A stretch of 59,875 nt of DNA, counting the filler, from Globobulimina sp. (taxonomy: Eukaryota): assembly GCA_003354225.1 (NCBI GenBank). It is 14 parts of 14 records of this genome, joined end to end, with 100 filler letters (N's around TTAATTAATTAA, not from the genome) between each part and the next. Parts side by side here need not be neighbours in the genome. Positions count along the whole stretch, not along the records: positions 34,295 to 38,475 come from PIVH01001506.1; positions 38,576 to 42,756 come from PIVH01001507.1; positions 42,857 to 47,037 come from PIVH01001508.1; positions 47,138 to 51,317 come from PIVH01001509.1; 10 more parts are not named here. One strand, 5' to 3'. Below the pieces are notes generated by a model. The model saw only the letters and a program-made list of their open reading frames with translations, was not told the DNA's origin and did not search any database. A program made the translations under genes and the position numbers. Positions 36,183 to 48,453 of this stretch are shown here, piece after piece. Numbering within the stretch: position 1 is the stretch's first letter; the number at the start of each line of letters is the position of its first letter.

Positions 36183-38475
36183 ATGATACGTATTTTAGCT
36201 TCGTTATTGTGTATATTAACAATTACACGATGCGTTCAAATAACGGTGAACACCATAGGAACAAAGAATTATGCACAATGTGTAGGCGCCTGTGAAGCAG
36301 CCGGAAGTGTTTTAGCCACTAAACAAGAAGTATTGGATTATTTGGGAGGAGAGCTTGAAAGCGATGACGTCTGGACACCGGTTTTCAGAGATAATGATTG
36401 GCTTCAAATCGGAGGAGGTCCACCATGGGATTATGGCTTATTACATACAGAAATACAAGATGCAAATGGCAATTATTATGGCAAACCAAGTTGGGGGCCC
36501 ATAGTTGGGGACCGACCATTTAAGCAAACATTTTACTGTGCCGACCATACAAGCAACAATACCCAACTTCCCACCATTAATGACACCATCAGCACTACCA
36601 AATATTTCACAACAAATGCACCAATTAATACAATATCATGTGGTGAAACGCATACAGGATTTATATCGGCGTCCGGAGAAGTTTCATTTGTGTTTACCAG
36701 CACTATTGGATATGAGATAGTATATTTGGAGAGCTGTGCATCTGAAGTTGTATGTTTCCGTATATAATATTTCTGTATACCAAACCAAAAACAATGTGTA
36801 TACTGCAAATACCGTAAGCGCAAATCTATGCAAATGTTTTTGTGACATGATACAGGAAACATATTTGTCAATTCGTGACTCTCAGGATAATATAATCGCA
36901 TCTTCGTATGGTGAGGATCATGGCAAAGAGCAATCTTTTTGTGGTCATAGATGGGCGGGAGATATTACAATCCCAGGCCCTGTATATCCCGATCAGATTT
37001 ATACTTTCATCGTAGAAAGTAACTATACTGTCACATTATTTTGTTTAGGTCCATGGACCTATTCGCCATCACAAACACCATTAACATTCGGCCAAACCCA
37101 TCCGCCAAATAATCAGCCCACAAAAGCACCCATTGCACCACTTCCATCAATAACATGTGGCCAAACGCGTACTGGAGTTAGGTCCGCATTCGAATCCGTT
37201 GAATATTTGTATACAGCAAATGTTGCGCATAGCAGTAACGCAGTATTATTAGATGCGTGTGATGCAACTGGCGGTTCTTATCCACCGCGGTTGCAAATCA
37301 AAGACTCACATGGTTTTGTAATCGTCAATGAAGGCAAATACGGCTCATGCGTCAGTCAAGGGTATCCCCATTGGCACTCCGGGCAAATCACCATTCCAGG
37401 CGCTGTAGCCATTGGAGATGAATATATTTTTGTTATAATGAACAAGTGGAATGGTTGGGGTCCTTATTCCGTAACATTACATTGTAATGATTTGCAAGAA
37501 ACATCTTTGCCCACAACATTATATCCCACAAGGAATCCAATAATACCTTCGACTGCACCAACTCCATTTGCTCGTTGTGACGAATTAAATACATTAAACC
37601 ACTGGGAATCAGATGGAAATGTATCAATGGGCTCATCTGTCAGTTGTCCGACCATCACAAATGCTGCCAAATCCGGCGGCAAAATATGTGTTTCCAATTC
37701 GTTGAATTCGTTTTTCGATGGACAGTATGTTTGGCAGTATTATGATGAAAATCTACAGGGATCGATATATTATAATATAAAAGCAAGTAAATACATTTAT
37801 CAATACATTAAAGGAGAAAAGTCTGAATATTATATGAAGGATTATGTTGAAGACAGTATAATTATGGCAAAATGTACTATGACTGACATTCATCATTGTA
37901 GCGGTTATTGGCAAATTTTGGACAATGACAACAGCACCGAGGCGTGGAAGGTAGACCAAAATATGGTTACGACAGCCTGCGATGATATATGTATTCATAG
38001 TTCTGATGACTTATATTATCCATTTGATGTTTCTAATGGTGATAAATTTGTATGGTCCCATTTCAGCGTAAAAACCTATGGCCCAACAAATCAAACCGAT
38101 GGACAAACAGTCCGAGCGAATGTCTATAAATGTGAGTCATGCAAACGATATTATAGAAATTCTGCTAGCTCCGTTTCTATCTATGGACATATTGATTATG
38201 ATGGTATATTTTGGTGGCAACTCTACCAAGAATATGAATACAACGCTAAAAAAATTCCTTCGTTTCGTTGCAGAGTAGATCCCAATGATATGGATTATTA
38301 CGTGTTCGATATTCGTGATTGTCTCGGTCGTTATTCGCAGTGGAATCCGCCTGGCAATGTTCCATTTTATTTTGATATATGCGAATATACAGAAAATTAT
38401 GCATTGGATATATTATCTGAGTTACCTATTTTTCAGGAAAGCCAAGTATGTGTCGAGAATTCGTACAACATGTCA
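36183..38475 (+). CDS. Secreted/cell-surface protein with a lectin-like N-domain, repeated I(S/T)CG domains and PT-rich linkers (intron 36750-36855, 3' partial)
   Basis: Signal peptide, ISCGETHTG/ITCGQTRTG repeats and PTxxPT linkers. A phase-0 intron joins the two ORFs. Confidence 0.75.
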
Positions 38476-39297
38476 NNNNNNNNNNNNNNNNNNNNNNNNN
38501 NNNNNNNNNNNNNNNNNNNTTAATTAATTAANNNNNNNNNNNNNNNNNNNNNNNNNNNNNNNNNNNNNNNNNNNNACTCTTTGATGCAAGAAGGAATATG
38601 AACCAAAATCCATAAGCAATATTTGGGAAATTATTTTCTTCCGAGTTTCTAACCTGATCTTCAAATGAGTCATTATGGAGTCGCTCAAAAAAAAAAATTA
38701 ACATTCTCGCTATTTCGCTATTTCACTTTTTCGCTTTTTCGCTTTAGATCACAAATTGGGGTTAGATTTGTTCGATTTTTAATTTCAAATGTTGAAGTAA
38801 TAGTGAGCTATTTCAATGCCAATATATATGATCAGTTGTAATCAAAAATCGAGCAAAAGTGACCTTACGTTAGGATATGAGAATGTGAATTTAATTTTGA
38901 TTGGTTCATATAGTCTTTATTTATAGAATTTTACTTAGGTTACTCAAAAAAAATAACGTATTGAATTACAAATTCGTACTCAATCCTTTATTTTTTTGAT
39001 CTCAAAGTTTTTATTATCAAAATATTGGGTGTTTTACTCGTCGTGATATTTTAACTTGTGAAATTCATGCATATTAAATTATATGCATTCTGTAAATTGA
39101 TTGAAACGCGTTTTCATTGCATATAGATACAAACGTTCGCCTGACTTTATTAAGATTCAGCATTACTTGATTGCTGTTTGAAACGTAATCGAATTAATGG
39201 ATAACGGCACAATTACAAATATTATTAGGTTGAGTTTATTCTTGTTTTGTTTCTTTTTCTCCTTTGAACTGAAAAAAAAACCTAGCTTTAAATAATC

Positions 39298-40713
39298 ATG
39301 AAACAAGAATTAAGCAAAATGGATACTGAGGAATTCATTGTTACAATTTACAATGTGGAGAAATTAGGATTTTCGCCATATTTTGAGCTTAACAAACAAT
39401 TTCAAAGCAAATATCATTTTGAAACATATGCGCAATTAATATCAAATATCCGTGAATCTGTGTCAAAATATGTAAATGACGCGGATGAGACATTATGGCT
39501 GGTTGCATATAAAAACGGTATACAAATTAAAATATGTTTGTGTGTCTTTGGTGTTTTCATAGGAATGGTCGGTACATTTTTATTACCATTGTTATACATT
39601 GCAGATATGATTGGATTTGTATCCATTGTATTTGGAACAAGTATTTGTGGCATAGCTTTATCAATTTGTGGAATATTTTATTATCATAATAAATCAAATG
39701 ATTTTATCAAAAGATATAAAGAATCAATATTTTATATACTTGATAATGGATTGAAACAATTAAATATTTTATACTCAAACAAAGCAATATTCCAAATAAC
39801 ACATATTATATCAACCAAATCTCGATGCAGTTTCACTGTCGATTTGGATATAAATTTTAGGATTATACTGTTATGCGATAATGTCGATAAACAATGTTTG
39901 AATATTAATAATGGCCAGAAACAAAGTATACAAAGCATACAATCAACAAAACGCATTGAAAACAAAAACGAAAAAACGAGACGCGATCAAATCATCCAAG
40001 AACAGAACCCCTCAGATTTGGCGGTGAGTGTTGAAAAATTTTCATTTTCCGAAATAAATGAAGAGAAATGCATTGAAATGGAAATTGAAAGCCATGGCCT
40101 TACTCCATATAAGGAGGAGAATAAAGATGAAGAGAAATACATTGAAGTTACAGTGCCAAAGCAAAATGTACAACAAATAAACATGAACAGTATAGATTTG
40201 ATACGTGCTTTGAATACATTTCATTCATATCAAGTTCTAGAGAATATTGTGGATTTAGCGGATATCCATCGGGGAGATAGTCATTATAATTTGGGGAGGA
40301 TTATTGGTAAATATTTTGATAATATCTTTCATGACAACAGCATTGTGGTTATTGTGTCGGATATGGATAAACAACCACAATTATCATATGTATCCAAACC
40401 AGATTTTGAGAGGAAAATAAAAAATTTGAATGGTTTGGATGTGCTCATTTACAGAGCTATTGATTATATTCAGTTAAATGTGCATTCGCAACATGAGTTA
40501 TCCAGTGAGTTTAAACAGATTGTAACCAGTCTATCCAACGTATATACAAATACAGCTCGAATTGCGTTAGAATTGGATAATATGTATGGTGCTGGTTGTC
40601 ATGTTGCAAGAGCACCGCATGCTAATTATGACATATTTTGTAGTTATTCACATGGATTAATTGCACGATGTCTGTGTGATAACGGTGTATATATCATTGC
40701 GTGGAGAAGATAG
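39298..40713 (+). CDS. Two-TM membrane protein with C-terminal dynein-light-chain/ground-like modules
   Basis: 471-aa ORF with two TM helices and IALELDNMYGAGCHV, which resembles LC8 IKKEFDKKYGPTWHC. Confidence 0.6.
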   Translation: MKQELSKMDTEEFIVTIYNVEKLGFSPYFELNKQFQSKYHFETYAQLISNIRESVSKYVNDADETLWLVAYKNGIQIKICLCVFGVFIGMVGTFLLPLLYIADMIGFVSIVFGTSICGIALSICGIFYYHNKSNDFIKRYKESIFYILDNGLKQLNILYSNKAIFQITHIISTKSRCSFTVDLDINFRIILLCDNVDKQCLNINNGQKQSIQSIQSTKRIENKNEKTRRDQIIQEQNPSDLAVSVEKFSFSEINEEKCIEMEIESHGLTPYKEENKDEEKYIEVTVPKQNVQQINMNSIDLIRALNTFHSYQVLENIVDLADIHRGDSHYNLGRIIGKYFDNIFHDNSIVVIVSDMDKQPQLSYVSKPDFERKIKNLNGLDVLIYRAIDYIQLNVHSQHELSSEFKQIVTSLSNVYTNTARIALELDNMYGAGCHVARAPHANYDIFCSYSHGLIARCLCDNGVYIIAWRR

Positions 40714-41288
40714 CATATAATATATATAATTATTATAATTATTGTATTTAATATAATAATAAATATTGTTCGTTATAATAATAGATATTTAATTTAAAAC
40801 TTGTTATTAATACTTATTATGTCCAGAACAACAGCAAAATATACTCACATGGACTGAAAACTTTGTTAACAATCTAATCAAATGTCTCCAAGGCACTAAC
40901 AGCTGACTCCTGGGCTGAATGTATTTGACTTCATGATTAAGCATATTTCATCGAGTTTAATATGTATAACAATAATCAATTTTTGGATAACACAATCAAG
41001 ATTTGGCAAATAAAAAGCAGTACAAAATTATAATCAAGATTTTTAAACAAAACGAATGATACAATGACAAAAAAACAAAGCATGACAAAAAAGAAAGAAA
41101 AAAGTGATAATAATAATAATAAAAAAATAAAAAAAAGAAATGTTGTGTGAAAGAAAAAAAGTATGTAAATTAGCACAAGGTTTTTCAAAACAAAAATCAA
41201 TATAAAACACGCACCAAATGAACACACCACAGCACAGTAAGTCACTTTCTTTTTTCTCTGCGGCTTTCAAAAAATGATGATTTTTTTC

Positions 41289-42708
41289 TTACGAACGAGG
41301 GAAAATATGATTCCATTGACAACTTCGACCTTTTTTACATCCCGCAGCTGAATTAAACTCCCAACAAACATTAATGCGCTGAAATGTTTTACTGCCATTG
41401 GGCAAAAAATGATGCTTCCATTTACAATTTCGTCCTTTCTTACATCCCGAAGACGTATTAAACTCCCAACATACATTAAATTCCTCCCTTTGTCCTATTT
41501 GTCTTTTAATTGGTCTCTGCGGTCTCTGCGCTCTTACAACTCTCTGTGGTCTCTGTGCTCTTTGTGGTGGCGGACCCGGTGGCTGTCCACGTACATAATT
41601 GGCGTAATTCATGCTTGTGGCTCCGCTTCTGTTCATAAACTGTGCTGGAGACTGTGAATGGGAATGATGCGATACACTGCTCGCAGCAGATGACACCACC
41701 GGATATCTGTGTTGTTGTTGTTGTGTGAAACCGGACATTGTGGGCACCACAGTAGACATAGCCGGCATTGTATTGATTTGGATATTCAATGAATTGGAAG
41801 GAGTGGGTGTCGGTGTTTGTGGTTGTGATGGATATTGGGAGTGATATGGCGAACGTGGTGAATAATAGGGATATGTTTGTTGTGTAACATTTGGAGTATA
41901 CGAATTCTGAATGTTTATATTTGAATGCGAAGGATACATTTGCTGGAATCTTTGTTGTTTCTGTGCGAGATATGCATTGTATGGTTGTACCACAGGAGTG
42001 CTGCTTTGTGCTTGTGGCAGACTGGAGGTCCGCGGCAGACTCGACGTGCGTGGCCGTGGCTGGCCTAACAACGACGACGAAGAAGCACTGCCGGTGCCGG
42101 GGCCAGAAGCGGCTGACACTGCGGAGGCAGCTGACGCAGCTGAGGATGAACGAAAAGTGTAAAGTCTTTGTAATTTCAAAGCTTGCTGTTTTTTCTGCTG
42201 AGCCATAATTAATTGCCGTTGGATCTGTGCCCGCGCATTATGTCGTTGTCGATAATTATTGACTGTCGCATTAGATTTTGCATTATTTTCGATCATTGGC
42301 GCACTACTTTGCTTTTCTTTTTGTTTGTATGCTGGAACATATGTTGGCGGCTTCAATGGTACATCTTCTTTCTTCTCTTCTTCTTTTTCTTCAGTTTTCT
42401 CCTCTTCTTCCTTTTCTTTTTTATCATCATTTGTATCTGTCTTTGTATGTAGAACTTGTTGCTCTTCTTTATTCTCATTTTGATTTGCTTCATTTGCCAG
42501 TGACACATCATTATATTCCTCAGCAACGGTAACAGCCACTCGTGTCGATAAAATGTCGCTTATTTTTGGTGAACAATTGTGTTTTGGCTGAGAATCGCTC
42601 TTCGTTTCCTCCACCGCTTGAACAGCTGGATCGACCCCAAGTGGCTCCTCCATCTTCTTCTCGTCGTCTTTTTCTTCGTTTTTGCCATCAAAATTCGTGC
42701 CAATTCTA
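41289..42708 (-). CDS. Low-complexity protein with two C-terminal CCCH zinc fingers (5' partial)
   Basis: CWEFNTSSGCKKGRNCKWKH and CWEFNSAAGCKKGRSCQWNH (C-x8-C-x5-C-x3-H). Confidence 0.88.
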
Positions 42709-42856
42709 ACTATATTCTCTGTGCGGTTTGCTATTACAGCATGATTCTGAACCGCTNNNNNNNNNNNNNNNNNNNNNNNNNNNNNNNNNNNNNNNNNNNN
42801 TTAATTAATTAANNNNNNNNNNNNNNNNNNNNNNNNNNNNNNNNNNNNNNNNNNNN

Positions 42857-44767
42857 GACAAGTTCATTTTTTGTGGAATTGATTTCGAATATGTCATGCT
42901 TTTCACACCTCTCCATCTGATAATTCGAAACCGTCAGTGGTTGGCGTCACTTCCCCGACAAAAACGACTTCTAACCAAAGAACTGAGACAGAAATGGTTT
43001 ATGGACATCGGTCAACATATGGAAATTGGCAAGCACCACGACGACATGCTGGGACTCCAATCTGCCATTGAAGATTACGAACGACTTGATCTATTGGACA
43101 TGCTCGATGTAACCGAACGATCTACTTGCGGCCCCTTCATCGCTTGCATTCAGGTATTCTTCCCTGGAGCCCCCCCCATCGTCTGTCGAACCATGGGATG
43201 TGGAGGAGAGCTTCGAGCTGAATGGAGAGAGTTTTTCCTAAATTCCCGGATCGCAAAAGCAGTTGTGGACATTGCTCAGGACTCCGCAGCTTTCGCTAAT
43301 ACTTTCATGGAAGCCATCAGTTGGGAAACCGGAATCATCGACGTTCAGGCCATGTTCAGTTGCAGTGAATTGAAAGCCGGAGGAAAACTTGGGGTACTGG
43401 ACCTTCAGCAGTTGATCGGATCGCCTATGTACACGGGAGGATCTCTAGACGCTAGAGGAAACAAAAAGAAGCATCAACGAGAAAGTTGGCTCTCTACTGG
43501 ACTGTGGGGCAACCCAAATGTCAATATGACTTTCGCCCAAGTTGCTTATGCGATTGGAGATGCTCAAACAGCATACGAAGCAATGGCCACCCTTGGTGCT
43601 TGCATGGCTGAAAAGGTCTACTATATGATCCCCACTCCAAAAGCCGGCAAGAAGGCAAAACGCGGAGAAAAACAAGGAGGACGATTCAGCTACGAGTGTC
43701 ACGTCATGGACAATTTGAGGAGAGTTATTTTCCTGAAAGATAAAGACTTCTACAAACTCTTCCTTTACGAATTGGATGCTCAAAGTGCTAGTTCGACCAA
43801 GCAAGGATGGAGAAAATGGGTTCGTGCTGGTTATGATGAGGCCTTACGGCCCGTGGTTTATCACATCCGAGAGAAACAAGACTATTTGATGGATAAAGTG
43901 GAAAATAGTTTGCGACTCGAAGACTCCATCAGCTATCGAAGTATTTGGAACGACTACGTCCGAGGCATGCGATCAGAATGGAAATGTATTGGACATTCGT
44001 ATCGACTAATTGCTATGCAAGACCAAGTCATTCGAAGACGCCGATTCCGAGAATCCAAAGTGGGAATGTTTGGAACACAACGACATTGCTTTGAAACCAA
44101 AAAGGGTGAACATCACGAATGGGGACCTTGTGGACCACAAGGACAAGGAAAGTTGTCAATGATATTTGAATTTTGCCATGATCCCTCTGGAAGAACGGGC
44201 GGTGGAGAAGAAGTAGTCCGAATCGGTCATACCATTGGACAACAACTCACTCGGTCCCGACACGAACAGTTAAAACTCTACGGCCAAGAGGAAATCGATC
44301 GACTCAAAGACATGCATTGGATGGACGGTATAATGGGCATGTTGTTCAGAATGGAAAATTGGATGGGAAGTTTGCGATGGCGCCCTCGCAACACCGCTGA
44401 TGTGTACACCTTCTGCGACACGGTCAACAGGTTTAAAAAGATCTTGGAGAAAACTCGAAACCCCCACCGTCGAGAAACCAGTGCTCATCAACTGCGGGTA
44501 CTCCAGATAGCTCGACCGGCCGATTATATTTGGGGAGAACAATACGAAGCCAATCAAACGATCCAAAGTTGGATATGGCGCATGAGCGACGTGTCTGCCC
44601 GAACTGACACCCAGTTGTACCTTCTTAACTTGTCCAAAGCCATTGCTAGTGAAACTCGACCCTATCAGCTCAAAATGATGAAGATGCAACGGGACAAACT
44701 GGAACACTGGTCTCAGACAATCATTTATGATGGAGGACGAATCCAGTTCGCAAACCAAGAACGCTGA
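42857..44767 (+). CDS. DEDDy 3'-5' exonuclease (WRN/RNase D-like) domain protein, 5' partial; ORF1 of a putative element
   Basis: The frame is open from the edge: DKFIFCGIDFEY (ExoI), IACIQV, KAVVDIAQD (ExoII), W...QVAYAIGDA (ExoIII YxxxD). Confidence 0.8.
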   Translation, partial: DKFIFCGIDFEYVMLFTPLHLIIRNRQWLASLPRQKRLLTKELRQKWFMDIGQHMEIGKHHDDMLGLQSAIEDYERLDLLDMLDVTERSTCGPFIACIQVFFPGAPPIVCRTMGCGGELRAEWREFFLNSRIAKAVVDIAQDSAAFANTFMEAISWETGIIDVQAMFSCSELKAGGKLGVLDLQQLIGSPMYTGGSLDARGNKKKHQRESWLSTGLWGNPNVNMTFAQVAYAIGDAQTAYEAMATLGACMAEKVYYMIPTPKAGKKAKRGEKQGGRFSYECHVMDNLRRVIFLKDKDFYKLFLYELDAQSASSTKQGWRKWVRAGYDEALRPVVYHIREKQDYLMDKVENSLRLEDSISYRSIWNDYVRGMRSEWKCIGHSYRLIAMQDQVIRRRRFRESKVGMFGTQRHCFETKKGEHHEWGPCGPQGQGKLSMIFEFCHDPSGRTGGGEEVVRIGHTIGQQLTRSRHEQLKLYGQEEIDRLKDMHWMDGIMGMLFRMENWMGSLRWRPRNTADVYTFCDTVNRFKKILEKTRNPHRRETSAHQLRVLQIARPADYIWGEQYEANQTIQSWIWRMSDVSARTDTQLYLLNLSKAIASETRPYQLKMMKMQRDKLEHWSQTIIYDGGRIQFANQER

Positions 44768-47037
44768 ATTACCGACCCCCACAAAGTTCTTGAGAAACTT
44801 CCGATCAAACCATCAACTGCCACCACAAATGATCGACTCGAAATTTCACTCGTAGTAACCTTGCCGGAACTAAGCAGAGAGGCCGCCTTGGTAGACCAAA
44901 AACGGTTTGAAGAATCAGAAGACGCCATTCGAAATTTCCACGTAGAAGGACGTCTGGCAGAACTCTTACAAGGAACTCACTTGACCGACGGGGAACCCAA
45001 AGATGGAAGAACATTAGTTGTTCGAGCTCGAAAAGACGACCTTACGGTCCATTCATCAGATGAATCTGGGGATGAAGAACCGACTATACGACCTGGTGAA
45101 GAACCAACCGACATAACGGAAGAGGGGACATTTATCGATATCAACAATGAAATAAACATCTTGACTTACCTTGACCACCCGGAATTAGATCGAATCGAAG
45201 CCCCATCTCAACGTCAAATTCTCGAAATGTTGGAGAAGCAGGATTATGAAGACCACCGATACCATGGTCCCCCCTCATCTGAAAGCCGAAATCGACTCGT
45301 GGGAAGAAGCAATGCTTGGAGACGACAGCCAGATACCGAAATCCGCTCAGTCGTGACAACCGTTCCAAATCGTGACGGACGTTCGAGGCGTCGTTCCCCG
45401 CCGATACAAAGGACTAGACGAACTGACCCTCTATCCATAACCATAAAGAAAAGTCGCCAAACACGTCAAGAAAGAAATGAACAAGAATATCATCGAACGG
45501 TGCGAAAACGAGAAAGGGAACAAGAAGTACAAGAAAATGCATTGCCTTGTCCACCCTCTCCACCACCAAGAGACAGTGGCCCTACCTTGCCTAAATTTCC
45601 TCGACGAAAATTCACAGATTTACCTGTATTTTTACGTCTCAAAGCCAGTGAAAAGAGGAATAAAGAAACGACTTTCCCCGCACCACCTGATTGTGTTCCG
45701 GAGGATCCAAGCGAACCCTTCCTTCACCCATTTGGAGTATTCAGCCAAGAAGAGATGATAACGGGATCCTGGTTTCCAGACGAACCTCGTCCACCTCTCT
45801 CGAAGACCGAACCGATGCCACCCTTTCAGTCATACGATGACGCAGACGTGCCCCAATTCAATCGATCTGCCTTGCTAGAATTACGAGCCAAAGCCATTCA
45901 ACTGTCCAGAAACGAGACGACCGTCGGACCTCAGTTCAAACCCGATGGTTACTTCGACTACTTGCCCAATAGTCTCTTGTTACCGGACGCCGAGAAAATG
46001 CATCCCCTTACGGGGCTTCAATCACTCAGTTATGTTCACGGCGAAGAAAAGGCATTTGCTCTTCGAAATGTTTACCGAGAAAAGATATCTGGAAACATTT
46101 TCTACCTCAACCCTCATACTTCCGAAAAACGACCAATGATGAACCCTTCTATCCCGTCAGCCGGAATTGGTGGATATTTTCCGCCCCTACCTTTGGCTTG
46201 GAGATTCTCTCAGTTGGGAGTCCTTGTTTCCGAACTAGAAGCACTATTTCCAGGATGGGACGTGAAACAACTTACAAATATCATCTATTGGCACCAACCG
46301 CAAACAACGCGCGACATGTGGGAGGCAATTGCCGGATCAGTAGAAACCATTCATGACGTTATGCTCGACTTTGACATGGAACATTGTCATCAATCCAAAG
46401 CCCGTGTTCTGATAGCCCGAAGTTTTCGAGCACTGCAACTCTATCGTCGAGGCTGTGAATTGGATACAAGAAACGACTTCATGTACAAACCAGGAGCTCA
46501 GAAAATGAACAATTATGAAGCCGGCGAATTCAACAAATTGTTTGCCAAAAGTACTGAAGCATTCCAAGCAACCAGACGTATTCAGATGTACTTGGAAGGA
46601 GCAAGGGATTCCGTCCCGGCAGAACGCTTCTTAGGTCTCAACACGAAAAACTCAATCGACCTCATTTCCGGCCGTCAAAATTGGTTAGAACCAAACGGGA
46701 AAATGTCAACCGAAAGACAGAACACCGTATCCAAGAGACATATCGAAAAAGATGATTTGACCTACACAGAATTCGTCAAGAAGTCTAATTACGGTATTTG
46801 CCACATTCATTATTATTATCTCAAATGGAAACAAACTTGGGCTGGACTACAAAACGCCTCCGTTGCTCATCTTGCTGCGGCCATAATAGCTCAAGGAGAA
46901 TTACGGGTGAATCTCTATGGGAACCTCCCAGCCATCCATCATGTGGAATCCTGTTACGACAAAGCTATTGACGCTGGATTGACCGCCTTTGCCGACCATT
47001 GTCGTGAAGAACGCTTCGACCCTGTTGCAGCTCATGC
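44768..47037 (+). CDS. In-frame continuation after the TGA (756 codons, 3' partial): Arg/Pro-rich disordered region plus an unknown globular region
   Basis: No stop from 44768 to the contig end, same frame as ORF1. The first ATG lies well over 100 codons downstream. Confidence 0.75.
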
Positions 47038-47364
47038 NNNNNNNNNNNNNNNNNNNNNNNNNNNNNNNNNNNNNNNNNNNNTTAATTAATTAANNNNNNN
47101 NNNNNNNNNNNNNNNNNNNNNNNNNNNNNNNNNNNNNTAGTGCGTTTAGAGTGGTTCTTGCGATTAAATAGGCGCAGGAACAGTTGTTTGCGGCTTGGGA
47201 GCGCTGCTGTATCTTTCCTCATGAGCTCAAAGAGTAAATATAACAGTAAAGATCTTTTCCTGACTTACGTTCATTTTGATGTGAAATAGTGATGTGATTA
47301 AAATACCAAATAGATGGGGAGGTGAACTTAATAATCTTTTATATTACAATGCAACATCATAAAG

Positions 47365-48453
47365 TCAATGACGATCCATATCCATATGTTGGTGGTATGG
47401 AATCGGTATAACAGCTAGATTTTGTATATTTAACATTTCATTTGCGTATAATTGAAGTTTTACATTATTTACAATATCTTGCACTTGATTCATATTCAAC
47501 CATTGATCCACGCCAATTTCAGTTTGAATATGTATATATTGACCACTGTATGTTACAATCAAATCATGTACATCTTCAATTCCATCACACTTACTTATTA
47601 TATCATTAATTAGATTCAAATGCATAGCATTATCACTATTTGTATCCAACAACTGAAGAAATGAAATTTTAGATAAATCAAAAGCTATTTTTAATAAATA
47701 CAATCCAATAAGAGTCCCGCAGACTGGATCTAAAATAGGATATCCGATAAAAGAGCCACATACTCCAATTAAAGCAATAAGCGATGTATAAGCATCAGAC
47801 CGATGATGCCACGCATTTGCAATTATTACATTACTTTGATACTCATTCCCAGCGGTAATTGTTATTCTGTATAACCATTCTTTAACCACCAACGATAATA
47901 TGATGGTGCCAATTGCAAGATATGGCATTGTAATCATCATAGTTGAGGCCGAAAATGTTCCTAAATATACTAAATACAATTTATTCGCTGCTCTTGTTAC
48001 AATATGATACGACGCAAAAGTTAATAATGCAGCCACTGGTAATGCGCCCATTGTATCTATCTTACCAAAGCCCAGTGGGAATTTTCGTGTTGGACTGCGT
48101 TGCGAATATTTAATTGTAAAATAGGTCATAAAATCAGAAATTAAATCAGTTAATGAATGCGTTGCATCGGCTATCAAAGCCATTGAATTTGTCATAAATC
48201 CTGCGGTACCTTTTATTATTACTAATCCTACATTTGCATATACTGACGTTTTAGTCACATCCTCACATCGTTTCGCTAGCTCACGATTCTTTTCCATCAC
48301 AGCAGTATTTCGTAACATTGGTTTATGCGGTCTACCAACCTGTATATGAGGTCGTTTTTGGAAATAACTGCTGTATGGAAGTATTGGGTGCAAATGATGC
48401 AAGCTCGCTCTGCTACAATGTTTAAAATTGTGCCAGGCAAATCTGTTGTACAT
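47365..48453 (-). CDS. Cation diffusion facilitator (mitochondrial MMT/FieF-like)
   Basis: SMALIADATHSLTD, FPLGFGK, KEWLYR, ANAWHHRSDA, LDP and a presequence-like N-terminus. Confidence 0.92.
   Translation of the reverse strand: MYNRFAWHNFKHCSRASLHHLHPILPYSSYFQKRPHIQVGRPHKPMLRNTAVMEKNRELAKRCEDVTKTSVYANVGLVIIKGTAGFMTNSMALIADATHSLTDLISDFMTYFTIKYSQRSPTRKFPLGFGKIDTMGALPVAALLTFASYHIVTRAANKLYLVYLGTFSASTMMITMPYLAIGTIILSLVVKEWLYRITITAGNEYQSNVIIANAWHHRSDAYTSLIALIGVCGSFIGYPILDPVCGTLIGLYLLKIAFDLSKISFLQLLDTNSDNAMHLNLINDIISKCDGIEDVHDLIVTYSGQYIHIQTEIGVDQWLNMNQVQDIVNNVKLQLYANEMLNIQNLAVIPIPYHQHMDMDRH

Noticed and set aside
36736-36855. ORF overlap in the surface protein gene
   Set aside because: Explained by a phase-0 intron (36750-36855).
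38700-38750. Short ttcgct-type repeats, also tcaaat repeats at ~29740-29840 and the A-rich tract at 50640-51000
   Set aside because: Ordinary low-complexity sequence.
40820-40945. Shared aacaacagcaaaa 13-mer with 26578-26590 and weak stems
   Set aside because: Short A-rich match and weak pairing, consistent with chance.
42857-47037. RNA virus RdRp or reverse transcriptase
   Set aside because: No GDD/YxDD polymerase motif set, helicase or integrase motifs are visible in this fragment.
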